A stretch of DNA of 64,000 nucleotides from Podarcis bocagei (GCA_964188305.1 OZ076890.1), one strand, 5' to 3'. Positions 51,903-64,000 are shown, counted from the stretch's first letter. Numbers and translations: made by a program. The notes: generated by a model not told the origin, from the letters alone.

Positions 51903-52122
51903 CTTCTATGGAAGTCCGAGTGAGGTCTACATCCAGATGCCTGCTTTTGTTTAAGGCTTCGATTACAGCCCTTTCCACCTCATTGTGTGCTATATTTCTA
52001 TCTGGAACCATCTCGATGATGAAGGTCACAATCACACTGCCATTTCTAATCTCAGTTATTGTTATACGCATTTTCCCAGAATCTATTAATGCTCTCAATG
52101 AAGGTGGCAAGTTGTTTATTAT
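51903..52122 (-). CDS. membrane mucin, SEA-1 C-terminal half
   Basis: 220 nt, phase 0 to 1; IINNLPPSLRALIDSGKMRITITEIRNGSVIVTF...LDVDLTRTSIE; GSVIV motif at 52027-52041. Confidence 0.92.
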
Positions 52123-53846
52123 CTGTAAAAGTGGCAGGTTTGAGATTATTTTCTATGCTTTGCATAATATTCAGAATAATTTGTTTATCATTTCTTCCAA
52201 TAAATGTTGGATCTCAGACTGTCAACAGCCAAAAGTCTGGCCTTAGGCAGGTTTGTACCCGAGAATAGAAAATAAAGGCATTCTTTCTGGCCTCACAACG
52301 GAGAATGGATTGCATAGGTGGGCATCTGGAGTTTGTTGGACTTCAATTTCCATCATCCCCAGACGGCATGGCCATGATAAGGGGTGATAGGGGCTGAATG
52401 TGAACACTGTCTGAAGGGCCAAGATTCAACACAGACCTAAAATTTGCAAGTTCCTTACCACTCTGTCTTGTTTTTCGACTTTTTGAAAAATTATCCAGAT
52501 TCTGCTGGATGCTCCAGCTTGGTGCAACATCCTTGAATCTAAGGAGTTGCTGACTTTTGTTCTCCTGAGCCCCACACCACATCTCTCACAGCCCACTAGA
52601 TTCCTCCCAAGCGTCTTTTTCTTTCCTGTTGTCTGAGGCTTCCTTATCTCAGGCAGCAAACATAAAATCAAGCTTCCTGGCCCTTACTTCTGATTAGACA
52701 TTATGTTGTTGCTGTTATTACTACTACTACTACTACTACTAATAATAATAAATAAATATTTGCTTTGTAGCCATCTAATACCAAATGGCATCTAGGTAAC
52801 TTACTACACATCCAGAAATTGAAAACAATAACCATAAATAGCAAAGATCATAACATTACAAAACCAAGCCAACCTCCAAAAGCCACAAACTATAATTGAC
52901 AGCTGTGACAGACAGCTGAGCTAGACCGGAGTCTGGTGATGCAGTACCTCAGAACTCCACCAGAGTGCTGCAGCCTCTCTCTGATTGGCTACCAAGACAG
53001 CGAGCCAGAAGTGGGTGGAGACAGTACTTTGGGAGGAAAAATAAAAAGAGCCTTTCTAAGAGAGTGTGGCGATAGAGAGAAGACGAGGGGGAGAGTTGAG
53101 AGTTGTTTCTGTGTGTATAACATCCACTCTGAGAAAATTATCTACAGCAAGAGAAGGGAGTCTCAGAGCTTAAGATAGAAAGACAGTGCTTAGTGTCTTG
53201 TGAGAATATTCAGACAGGAGTTAACTAGAGGGCTGAGTTTGAGCAAGGAGAGGGAGAAGCTGTGAGGGTACAGTCTGTTTGGATCTCATTTCAGTCAGGA
53301 GGGGAGAGATCTTCTGGAAAGAGAAGACTGCCAAACCAGTTAAGAGGGGTGTGGCGATTCCCTGGGTCTACCTCAGGATTGTGATTGACAGAAGGTTGGG
53401 AAGCTGACAGAAAGTACCACCTTGTTTCAAGCATTCTCTTCCATGAAATGGTAATCATGTGGAGGGGGGAGCCATGTCTGTCAATGTTGTCCCTGCCAGC
53501 CCTGCTGGAGATAACTTATGTAAAGGAGTGCCGGCTGAATATGTGCAAGCTCACCCCAACTCTGCATGTGGGTGGAAGAGGCGAGGCTAGCAGGGCCCAG
53601 TTTGCCTTCCATGCAATTGCAAGGGTGTGGTAGGAAATGGCTGAAAGGGATCAAGTCTGCCCAATCTGTCGTCAGTCTCAGGGAAGCACATAGTCATAGC
53701 TGTGCCATGGAAAGGGGGATTTAACGTTACTCTGCTGAGGATCAGTAAGAGAGCACTGAAAATATGGGCATACTCCAGCCCAGGCCAGAACAGAGGGCCT
53801 GCGATTTTGAGGGGGCCTGCCCATTGGTAAGAATTATTGAAATGGG

Positions 53847-53887
53847 TTCCACTGTTTAAAACCTTTAATAAATATCTTTTAAAAAAA
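53847..53887 (+). mobile_element. 41-bp extremely 5'-truncated retrotransposon insertion
   Basis: 18-bp TSD AAGAATTATTGAAATGGG (53829-53846 / 53888-53905); contains only AATAAA and an A tail, resembling the L1-derived 3' end at 32660-32691. Confidence 0.8.
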
Positions 53888-54108
53888 AAGAATTATTGAA
53901 ATGGGGCCTAAATTCACCATCTGGCCTGCACAAACTCTGGTCGAGGCAAATGTGAACATTTTAAGTCCCACTAGATTCTAAAGAACCATTAAGTTCATTT
54001 TTAAGTCAGTTTCATTGAAATCAATGGGGCTTAAAAATGCTTGTCTTGGGTTATGCTCAGTGCTTTTAACAAATTACTTTTCATTTTTTTAAATGCTGCG
54101 GATGATAC

Positions 54109-54221
54109 CTCTTCGGTGACATTTTTTTGAAGCTCCTGAAACTCTGTACTTGATTTGTTGCTGAACTGAGGTATGTACTTCTTATTTGTAATCCTGGCTG
54201 TTCCACGATAGGCTGTGCCTT
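54109..54221 (-). CDS. membrane mucin, SEA-1 N-terminal half
   Basis: 113 nt, phase 1 to 0; EGTAYRGTARITNKKYIPQFSNKSSTEFQELQKNVTEE. Confidence 0.9.
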
Positions 54222-55938
54222 CTATAAGGAATAAGAGAACCATTTAGTTAATAGTATAGGTAACATTTTTAGTACAGAATACTTATGCTGTTGTTGTTGC
54301 TGCTGCTGCTGTTCCAGATAGATAAACTAATATTCATTAGTTGTGAGGTCCTTAAGGACAATGTGAAACAAATGAAACAATCTTTTCTCATTTAGACTGA
54401 AATTCCACATTTACTTGAGAGCAAATTCCATTGAACATAGTGGGACTTATGTCCAAATAAACATGCATAGGATGTATTATTTGTCTGTTTACTTACTTAT
54501 TTAAAATATTTATATTCTACCTTCCCAACAAAATGTTCAAGGCTGCTTACAACAGGTATTAAAATACGAAAATACAAATAAATTAAAAGCACCAAAAAGG
54601 ACAGAAATGGCATATAAAATAGCTTTTTAAAAGATTCCATATGCCAGGAAAGCCAAATGCCTGCCCAGAAGGTATTGGGACATTAGTTTCTTAAGGCTGC
54701 AGACCTATTCCACTTACCTAGGAGTAAGCCTTATCCATAAAACTCCATTGGATTTTTTAAACTGATTTTTATAACACATTTAATTAAGAAAGAACATTAA
54801 AATACAATAACCATTAATGCAGTCATCTTAATTTAAACATAGAAATCAATGTGTGCCCTCCAAATGTCCAGATATTCACATGGAGTTGATAAGAAGCATA
54901 TTCAAATATAGCGGGGGGGGGGCGGGGGCGGGTAAACTCTGCAGGGCATTTCATAATAGGCGGTGGGTGTTTATCCTTCCAGGCTCAAAGTATGAGTCTC
55001 TTGGTGACTGTGAAGGCTTGCAAAATCCTCTTTTGTTTTCCTGCCGTTAATCCCCATACTACAGAGATATAATTATGGAAGGGGGCTATTGTTTTTGTTT
55101 TGTTATGTATTTTATGTTTTTGTTTTGTATTTTTATGTTGTGAACTGTCCTGTGATCTTTGAATGAAGGGTGACATACAAATTTTAATAATAATAATAGT
55201 AATAATAATAATATACCTCTACTAATCATCATCATCATCATATTAAAGTACATGGACATCCACATATATCAAGGATTTTGCAAATAGAAAACTTATATGG
55301 AAAACTTCAGACCATCCTCCCCAGCCCCCTGTTGGCCATACATTCAGAAGCCATAGGAAGTGGTCCAATGTGAGAGCCAGGGTGGTGTAGTACTTAGAGT
55401 GTTGAACTAGGACCTGGGAGACCAGCGTTCAAACCCCTACCCTTTATGTCTCTCTAAGCTTCTTGGAAGAAAAATGTAAATAAAAAAAATAAAAATTCTG
55501 ATGCACATGCTCAAGATTCCTTCTCACAGGGGAAAATCTAGGGCTAGTTAAGAGTCCACCTCATGATGCATCTTTATGTGCATAGGACTGCTTCACACAG
55601 CAGCCAAAAAAGCCATCAACTTGCTCACTAGGCTCAGTCTTCTTGCAAAAGCTGTGTGCAACATTTGGATGTCAGGGATTCCCATGAAGAAAGCGGTGAG
55701 CAATGAGAGATATCCTGGGTTGTCCCATTACATGAGCTAACCCACCTAATGCACCAAAGAGACAGAAAAGGGAAATTCACAAATGGCTGGAGATTAATTC
55801 CCTATTCATATTTTGGGTTTTCCTTTGGGGACACTGTTTGAATGAAAGCTAGTGCTGAGCAAAATGTATCAGAATACTGTCTGGTACTGTATGCATTACT
55901 ACAATAAAGCAAGTGTAGATGGATGATTGAGATAATAC

Positions 55939-56193
55939 CTGTCCGAACCATCACGGAGGAACTGAACTTGTTACTGCAACTCCACACGTCCACAGTTACT
56001 GTATACAAACCACCTGGAGAAAGGTTTCCAAATACCATCCTGGTGTCATTTGTGACAGTGTTATTTATAACTGTGTTATCTGCCATGAGAGACACGGTAT
56101 AAGGGCTGTCCCTTCCCACACTCTGAAGAAACCAACGGAATTGTATCACTTGGCTGGTTACTTTTTCAAGTTGAATGTAGAAAGCATCTACAG
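55939..56193 (-). CDS. membrane mucin, fibronectin type III exon
   Basis: 255 nt, phase 1-1; ...VTSQVIQFRW...YTV...FGNLSPGGLYTVTV...VRT (FN3 W, Y and L.P...Y.V.V signatures). Confidence 0.92.
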
Positions 56194-57434
56194 CTAAACA
56201 AAACAAAAACAAAAATACACATCTGATGTCAAAGGTGCATTTCAACAACTCTGGAAATATTCGCAAAATGTTAAATATGATGGGGGGGAGAATATGTTAT
56301 TTTGCTGAGTTTCTGCTATGGTTGAATTCTTACTCCCACTTCAAAAAAGTAAATCCAGTGAATAAATGGTAAATTCTAGCTTTAATAAGCCTTCCAAAAA
56401 CAACATAAACCAGAAGGGGAAAAAATAAGGAATATAAAGAGATTCTGGGGCGCCATATCACAGTATGTATATGAGAGGGTGGGAAATTTGCAGCAACGGT
56501 ATAATCAAGCCCTCAAACAACTTTTTCTAACCCTCCCACCCCCCAAACCCCTGGTTTTGTTGCTGTAAACATCAAAGTGACATACTGCTCAGGTGAATGT
56601 AGAGATTTAACCCACTCTGCCAATGCCATGATGGATTTGCAAAGATGTCCCTGAAACTTCACACATCACATCAATCATCTGAGGAGCAGGAAGGGATTGA
56701 TAAACCCACTCCTCAGCAGATTTTCATGGATTGGAGAAAAGAGAAGCCATTTGTATGTGTGCACACCTGAGTGAGTCTGTGTGTGCATGTATGTATGTGT
56801 GTGTGTGCTTCTGGCTTTTCTTATAAGGGCATGCAAAATGTGTGTGTGTGTGTGTGTTTAGGATTGCCAGGCGGCCGAACCCACTGTTGACCACATGTAC
56901 TGCTCCTCTTGGATAGAAGTTATTCAATATGTCACACTGCACTCACAATGTAAAATAACAAAATAGCATAGCATACCCATGTGGGACTTACTACAAAATA
57001 TTATGGTAAGGAATAGAGCCATGTAGACTATTCCATTCCATTCCATTGCATTCCCTCCTTCACTATTTTTCTACCATCCACCTATGAAAGTAAGTAAGCA
57101 TTCCATGACCAGGAAGCATTCTTCACCCAATTTAATATTGTGCTCCAGGGATCTTCTATTCCACAGCATATGCAAAGTGAGACAAGAAATAGAGCCTCCC
57201 TGAGGATGGTGCAGTCTGACCCATATAAGGGCTGGGGGCAGAAAACAAGAGTGATCTTTCTATATATGAAGGGGGGGGAAGAATTTTAAATATATATTCT
57301 AATTGGGCAAAGACAAGAAATTAAGGGGTACTGTAAATTAAAATATAATTTGTAAAGACAAAAAATGGTAGTGCAAATTTGATACACAGTTAAAAAGAAC
57401 ATCAAATATTATAAAAAAAATCTAATACACTCAC

Positions 57435-60400
57435 AGCATTCTTCAGGCATTTTGGTAGAGGGTACTGGGTGGGGTGTTTTCACAGAAGAGAATACCTCTG
57501 GCTTATGGGATGTCATTGAAAAGTCACTTAGAGAAGTTCTGGCCAAGGTTCTGGAAACTGCTGTACTTTCTGTGAGAGAATCATTCCTAATAGTGTGCGG
57601 AGAGGATACAGAGGAGGTCTGTGCACTTCCCAAAGATGTGCTGGATGAAGCCATAACAGAGGAAATGGATGCTGGGCCTCTGGGCCGAGTGGCAGCCGAG
57701 CTCCCTATTGCCACTGGTGCTGCAGAGCTGTTGTCAGCAGTGTGGGTGGTGCTCCTCAACGATGTAGCAGGCATCCCCGTTGGTGATAGTGGAGAGGTGA
57801 CATGAGCTGCGGCGGCTGAGCTGGATTCCACGGAGGTGTCCCGCACTCCGCTAGGAGAGGTCTGCCCGCTTTCCGAAGACGCGCTGGATGAAGCCATGCT
57901 GGAGGCACTGGATGCTGGGCCTGCCGTCCAAGTGGTAGCCGGGCTCTCTGTTGCCACTGGTGCTGCGGAGCTGTTGTCAGCAGTGTGGGTTGTGGCCGAG
58001 AACACACTTGTCCCTGAGATAACGGGAGATGTTTCTAAAGAAACGTGCTCCGTGGTGGTCCGCTGAGGTAGCGCTTCAGAGCTGGAGGATGCCATGCTCC
58101 CGGAGGGTCCAGATGATATGTCAGACTCTGTCGTGGAAAAAGAGGAGACTTCCAGCTTGCCTGTTCCCGTACTTGATAAGCCGGCCGAGGTGCTGGGACC
58201 AGCTGCGCTTTCTGTCCCGGAAGAACTAGCCGTCATGTGGGAAGAGGTTGCGGAGCCCTCCACCTGTGGAGAACTTGGGCTTCTGGAGAAGGACGCAGCA
58301 GGGGAACCGGTGGTCCCACCCACGCTTGTGGCTGGCGCTGCAGAGCTCTGGCCGCTCAGGGTGATTGCAGCTTCCGAGGAGGCTGTCTCTTTAGTCGGGG
58401 TGGCTGCATTCGTACTGGTTCTCCTCAACGATGCAGAAGGCGTCCCCGTTGGTGCTAGTGGAGAGGTGACGTGAGCTGTGGCGGCTGAGCTGGATTCCAC
58501 GGAGGTGTCCCGCACTCCGCTAGGAGAGGTCTGCCCGCTTTCCGAAGACGCGCTGGATGAAGCCATGCTGGAGGCACTGGATGCTGGGCCTGCCGTCCAA
58601 GTGGTAGCCGGGCTCTCTGTTGCCACTGGTGCTGCGGAGCTGTTGTCAGCAGTGTGGGTTGTGGCCGAGAACACACTTGTCCCTGAGATCCCGGGAGATG
58701 TTTCTGAAGAAACTTGCTCCGTGGTGGTCCGCTGAGGTAGCGCTTCAGAGCTTGAGGATGCCGTGCTCCCGGAGGGTCCAGATGATATGACAGACTCTGT
58801 CGTGGAAAAAGAGGAGACTTCCAGCTTGCCTGTTCCCGTACTTGATAAGCCGGCCGAGGTGCTGGGACCCACTGCGCTTTCTGTCCCGGAAAAACTAGCA
58901 GTCATGTGGGAAGAGGTTGCGGAGCCCTCCACCTGTGGAGAACTTGGGCTTCTGGAGAAGGACGCAGCAGGGGAACCGGTGGTCCCAGCCACGCTTGTGC
59001 CTGGCGCTGCAGAGCTCTGGCCGCCCAGAGTGCTTGCAGCTTCCGAGGAGGCTGTCTCTTCAGTCGGGGTGGCTGCATTCGGAGTGGTGCTCCTCAACAA
59101 TGCAGAAGGTGTCCCCGTTGGTGCTAGTGGAGAGGTGACGTGAGCTGTGGCGGCTGAGCTGGATTCCACGGAGGTGTCCCGTACTCCGCTAGGAGAGGTC
59201 TGCCCGCTTTCCGAAGACGCGCTGGATGAAGCCATGCTGGAGGCACTGGATGCTGGGCCTGCCGTCCAAGTGGTAGCCGGGCTCTCTGTTGCCACTGGTG
59301 CTGCGGAGCTGTTGTCAGCAGTGTGGGTTGTGGCCGAGAACACACTTGTCCCTGAGATCCCGGGAGATGTTTCTGAAGAAACGTGCTCCGTGGTGGTCCG
59401 CTGAGGTAGCGCTTCAGAGCTGGAGGATGCCGTGCTCCCGGAGGGTCCAGATGATATGACAGACTCTGTCGTGGAAAAAGAGGATACCTCCAGCTTGCCT
59501 GTTCCCGTACTTGATAAGCCGGCCGAGGTGCTGGGACCCACTGCGCTTTCTGTCCCGGAAGAACTAGCCGTCATGTGGGAAGAGGTTGCGGAGCCCTCCA
59601 CCTGTGGAGAACTTGGGCTTCTGGAGAAGGACGCAGCAGGGGAACCGGTGGTCCCACCCACGCTTCTGCCTGGCGCTGCAGAGCTCTGGCCGCCCAGAGT
59701 GCTTGCAGCTTCCGAGGAGGCTGTCTCTTCAGTCTGGGTGGCTGCATTTGGAGTGGTGCTCCTCAACGATGCAGAAGGCGTCCCCGTTGGTGCTAGTGGA
59801 GAGGTGACGTGAGCTGTGGCGGCTGAGCTGGATTCCATGGAGGTGTCCCGTACTCCGCTAGGAGAGGTCTGCCCGCTTTCCGAAGACGCGCTGGATGAAG
59901 CCATGCTGGAGGCACTGGATGCTGGGCCTGCCGTCCAAGTGGTAGCCGGGCTCTCTGTTGCCACTGGTGCTGCGGAGATGTTGTCAGCAGTGTGGGTTGT
60001 GGCCGAGAACACACTTGCCCCTGAGATCCCAGGAGATGTTTCTGAAGAAACGTGCTCCGTGGTGGTCTGCTGAGGTAGCGCTTCAGAGCTGGAGGATGCC
60101 GTGCTCCCGGAGGGTCCAGATGATATGACAGACTCTGTCGTGGAAAAAGAGGAGACTTCCAGCTTGCCTGTTCCCGTACTTGATAAGCCGGCCGAGGTGC
60201 TGGGACCCGCTGCGCTTTCTGTCCCGGAAGAACTAGCCGTCATGTGGGAAGAGGTTGCGGAGCCCTCCACCTGTGGAGAACTTGGGCTTCTGGAGAAGGA
60301 CGCAGCAGGGGAACCGGTGGTCCCACCCACGCTTGTGGCTGGCGCTGCAGAGCTCTGGCCGCTCAGGGTGATTGCAGCTTCCGAGGAGGCTGTCTCTTTA

Positions 60401-63400
60401 GTCGGGGTGGCTGCATTCGTACTGGTTCTCCTCAACGATGCAGAAGGCGTCCCCGTTGGTGCTAGTGGAGAGGTGACGTGAGCTGTGGCGGCTGAGCTGG
60501 ATTCCACGGAGGTGTCCCGCACTCCGCTAGGAGAGGTCTGCCCGCTTTCCGAAGACGCGCTGGATGAAGCCATGCTGGAGGCACTGGATGCTGGGCCTGC
60601 CGTCCAAGTGGTAGCCGGGCTCTCTGTTGCCACTGGTGCTGCGGAGCTGTTGTCAGCAGTGTGGGTTGTGGCCGAGAACACACTTGTCCCTGAGATCCCG
60701 GGAGATGTTTCTGAAGAAACTTGCTCCGTGGTGGTCCGCTGAGGTAGCGCTTCAGAGCTTGAGGATGCCGTGCTCCCGGAGGGTCCAGATGATATGACAG
60801 ACTCTGTCGTGGAAAAAGAGGAGACTTCCAGCTTGCCTGTTCCCGTACTTGATAAGCCGGCCGAGGTGCTGGGACCCACTGCGCTTTCTGTCCAGGAAAA
60901 ACTAGCAGTCATGTGGGAAGAGGTTGCGGAGCCCTCCACCTGTGGAGAACTTGGGCTTCTGGAGAAGGACGCAGCAGGGGAACCGGTGGTCCCAGCCACG
61001 CTTGTGCCTGGCGCTGCAGAGCTCTGGCCGCCCAGAGTGCTTGCAGCTTCCGAGGAGGCTGTCTCTTCAGTCGGGGTGGCTGCATTCGGAGTGGTGCTCC
61101 TCAACAATGCAGAAGGTGTCCCCGTTGGTGCTAGTGGAGAGGTGACGTGAGCTGTGGCGGCTGAGCTGGATTCCACGGAGGTGTCCCATACTCCGCTAGG
61201 AGAGGTCTGCCCGCTTTCCGAAGACGCGCTGGATGAAGCCATGCTGGAGGCACTGGATGCTGGGCCTGCCGTCCAAGTGGTAGCCGGGCTCTCTGTTGCC
61301 ACTGGTGCTGCGGAGCTGTTGTCAGCAGTGTGGGTTGTGGTCGAGAACACACTTGTCCCTGAGATCCCGGGAGATGTTTCTGAAGAAACTTGCTCCGTGG
61401 TGGTCCGCTGAGGTAGCGCTTCAGAGCTGGAGGATGCCGTGCTCCCGGAGGGTCCAGATGATATGACAGACTCTGTTGTGGAAAAAGAGGAGACTTCCAG
61501 CTTGCCTGTTCCCGTACTTGATAAGCCGGCCGAGGTGCTGGGACCCGCTGCGCTTTCTGTCCCGGAAGAACTAGCCGTCATGTGGGAAGAGGTTGCGGAG
61601 CCCTCCACCTGTGGAGAACTTGGGCTTCTGGAGAAGGACGCAGCAGGGGAACCGGTGGTCCCAGCCACGCTTGTGCCTGGCGCTGCAGAGCTCTGGCCGC
61701 CCAGAGTGCTTGCAGCTTGCGAGGAGGCTGTCTCTTCAGTCGGGGTGGCTGCATTCGTACTGGTTCTCCTCAACGATGCAGAAGGCGTCCCCGTTGGTGC
61801 TAGTGGAGAGGTGACGTGAGCTGTGGCGGCTGAGCTGGATTCCACGGAGGTGTCCCGCACTCCGCTAGGAGAGGTCTGCCCACTTTCCGAAGACGCGCTG
61901 GATGAAGCCATGCTGGAGGCACTGGATGCTGGGCCTGCCGTCCAAGTGGTAGCCGGGCTCTCTGTTGCCACTGGTGCTGCGGAGCTGTTGTCAGCAGTGT
62001 GGGTTGTGGCCGAGAACACACTTGTCCCTGAGATCCCGGGAGATGTTTCTGAAGAAACTTGCTCCGTGGTCGTGCCCTGAGGTAGCGCTTCAGAGCTGGA
62101 GGATGCCGTGCTCCCGGAGGGTCCAGATGATATGACAGACTCTGTCGTGGAAAAAGAGGAGACTTCCAGCTTGCCTGTTCCCGTACTTGATAAGCCGGCC
62201 GAGGTGCTGGGACCCGCTGCGCTTTCTGTCCCGGAAGAACTAGCCGTCATGTGGGAAGAGGTTGTGGAGCCCTCCACCTGTGGAGAACTTGGGCTTCTGG
62301 AGAAGGACGCAGCAGGGGAACCGGTGGTCCCAGCCACGCTTGTGCCTGGCGCTGCAGAGCTCTGGCCGCCCAGAGTGCTTGCAGCTTCCGAGGAGGCTGT
62401 CTCTTCAGTCGGGGTGGCTGCATTCGGAGTAGTGCTCCTCAACGATGCAGAAGGCGTCCCCGTTGGTGCTAGTGGAGAGGTGACGTGAGCTGTGGCGGCT
62501 GAGCTGGATTCCACGGAGGTGTCCCGCACTCCGCTAGGAGAGGTCTGCCCGCTTTCCGAAGACGCGCTGGATGAAGCCATGCTGGAGGCACTGGATGCTG
62601 GGCCTGCCGTCCACGTGGTAGCCGGGCTCTCTGTTGCCACTGGTGCTGCGGAGCTGTTGTCAGCAGTGTGGGTTGTGGCCGAGAACACACTTGTCCCTGA
62701 GATCCCGGGAGATGTTTGTGAAGAAACTTGCTCCGTGGTGGTCCGCTGAGGTAGCGCTTCAGAGCTGGAGGATGCCGTGCTCCCGGAGGGTCCAGATGAT
62801 ATGACAGACTCTGTCGTGGAAAAAGAGGAGACTTCCAGCTTGCCTGTTCCCGTACTTGATAAGCCGGCCGAGGTGCTGGGACCCGCTGCGCTTTCTGTCC
62901 CGGAAGAACTAGCCGTCATGTGGGAAGAGGTTGCGGAGCCTTCCACCTGTGGAGAACTTGGGCTTCTGGAGAAGGACGCAGCAGGGTAACCGGTGGTCCC
63001 AGCCACGCTTGTGGCTGGCGCTGCAGAGCTAGGGCTGCCCAGGGTGATTGCAGCTTCCGAGGAGGCTGTCTCTTTAGTCGGGGTGGCTGCATTCGTACTG
63101 GTTCTCCTCAACGATGCAGAAGGCGTCCCCGTTGCTGCTAGTGGAGAGGTGACGTGAGCTGTGGCGGCTGAGCTGGATTCCACGGAGGTGTCCCGCACTC
63201 CGCTAGGAGAGGTCTGCCCGCTTTCCGAAGACGCGCTGGATGAAGCCATGCTGGAGGCACTGGATGCTGGACCTGCCGTCCAAGTGGTAGCCGGGCTCTC
63301 TGTTGCCACTGGTGCTGTGGAGCTGTTGTCAGCAGTGTGGGTTGTGGCCGAGAACACACTTGTCCCTGAGATAACGGGAGATGTTTGTGAAGAAACTTGC

Positions 63401-64000
63401 TCCGTGGTGGTCCGCTGAGGTAGCACTTCAGAGCTGGAGGATGCCGTGCTCCCGGAGGGTCCAGATGATATGACAGACTCTGTCGTGGAAAAAGAGGAGA
63501 CTTCCAGCTTGCCTGTTCCCGTACTTGATAAGCCGGCCGAGGTGCTGGGACCCGCTGCGCTTTCTGTCCCGGAAGAACTAGCCGTCATGTGGGAAGAGGT
63601 TGCGGAGCCCTCCACCTGTGGAGAACTTGGGCTTCTGGAGAAGGACGCAGCAGGGGAACCGGTGGTCCCAGCCACGCTTGTGCCTGGCGCTGCAGAGCTC
63701 TGGCCGCCCATGGTGCTTGCAGCTTCCGAGGAGGCTGTCTCTTCAGTCGGGGTGGCTGCATTCGTACTGGTTCTCCTCAACGATGCAGAAGGCGTCCCCG
63801 TTGCTGCTAGTGGAGAGGTGACGTGAGCTGTGGCGGCTGAGCTGGATTCCACGGAGGTGTCCCGCACTCCGCTAGGAGAGGTCTGCCCGCTTTCCAAAGA
63901 CGCGCTGGATGAAGCCATGCTGGAGGCACTGGATGCTGGGCCTGCCGTCCAAGTGGTAGCCGGGCTCTCTGTTGCCACTGGTGCTGCGGAGCTGTTGTCA
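57435..64000 (-). CDS. giant mucin (PTS) exon, 5' end outside the window
   Basis: Single uninterrupted frame of >2180 codons, Ser/Thr/Ala/Pro-rich; ends ...KMPEEC+T|GTGAGT (phase 1, compatible with the FN3 exon). Confidence 0.95.
57750..64000. repeat. coding tandem array, 669-bp (223-aa) unit, >9 copies in window
   Basis: Equivalent ORF starts recur at 58094, 58763, 59432, 60101, 60770, 61439, 62108, 62777 and 63446; units differ only by point substitutions. Confidence 0.97.

Noticed and set aside
52904-53690. Possible solo LTR (TGTGA start, purine-rich body)
   Set aside because: No convincing 3' terminus or TSD.
57452-63826. Many plus-strand and alternate-frame ORFs recurring every 669 bp
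   Set aside because: Shadows of the minus-strand mucin repeat; each is broken by stops in every unit.
42857-64000. Assigning the symbol UMODL1, HEG1 or a MUC number
   Set aside because: Architecture (no ZP, FN3 plus two SEA) fits none exactly, and the N-terminus is outside the window.

Overview
Vertebrate genomic DNA. The repeat repertoire (Squam2/Squam3-type tRNA SINEs, CR1/L2, L1, hAT and pogo MITEs) points to a squamate, probably a lacertid lizard. Two protein-coding genes lie in tandem on the minus strand. (1) At 42857-64000 is the 3' part of a large single-pass membrane mucin, rebuilt exon by exon from splice sites and phases: a giant Ser/Thr/Ala exon of 669-bp (223-aa) tandem repeats, then FN3, SEA (GSVIV), EGF, cbEGF, a Cys-rich linker, a second SEA, TM and a short tail. 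It sits where UMODL1 lies in human but has no ZP domain. (2) The 5' end of ABCG1: CpG-island promoter, coding exon 1 (23636-23677) and exon 2 (20389-20632); 1-20388 is intron 2. DR4 LXR-type elements are visible in introns 1 and 2. The most striking object is a nested element 4.5-9 kb upstream of ABCG1. A ~2.1-kb ORF1-only (HAL1-like) L1 derivative with a 15-bp TSD carries a 2121-bp non-autonomous hAT element with 15-bp TIRs and an 8-bp TSD. The hAT interior appears to be a mosaic of captured host CpG promoters and first exons, including a recognisable CDAN1 (codanin-1) exon 1 with its splice donor: a vertebrate Pack-type gene-capturing DNA transposon. Most ORFs in the supplied track are spurious. 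All protein and family identifications are from recall; no database search was run.
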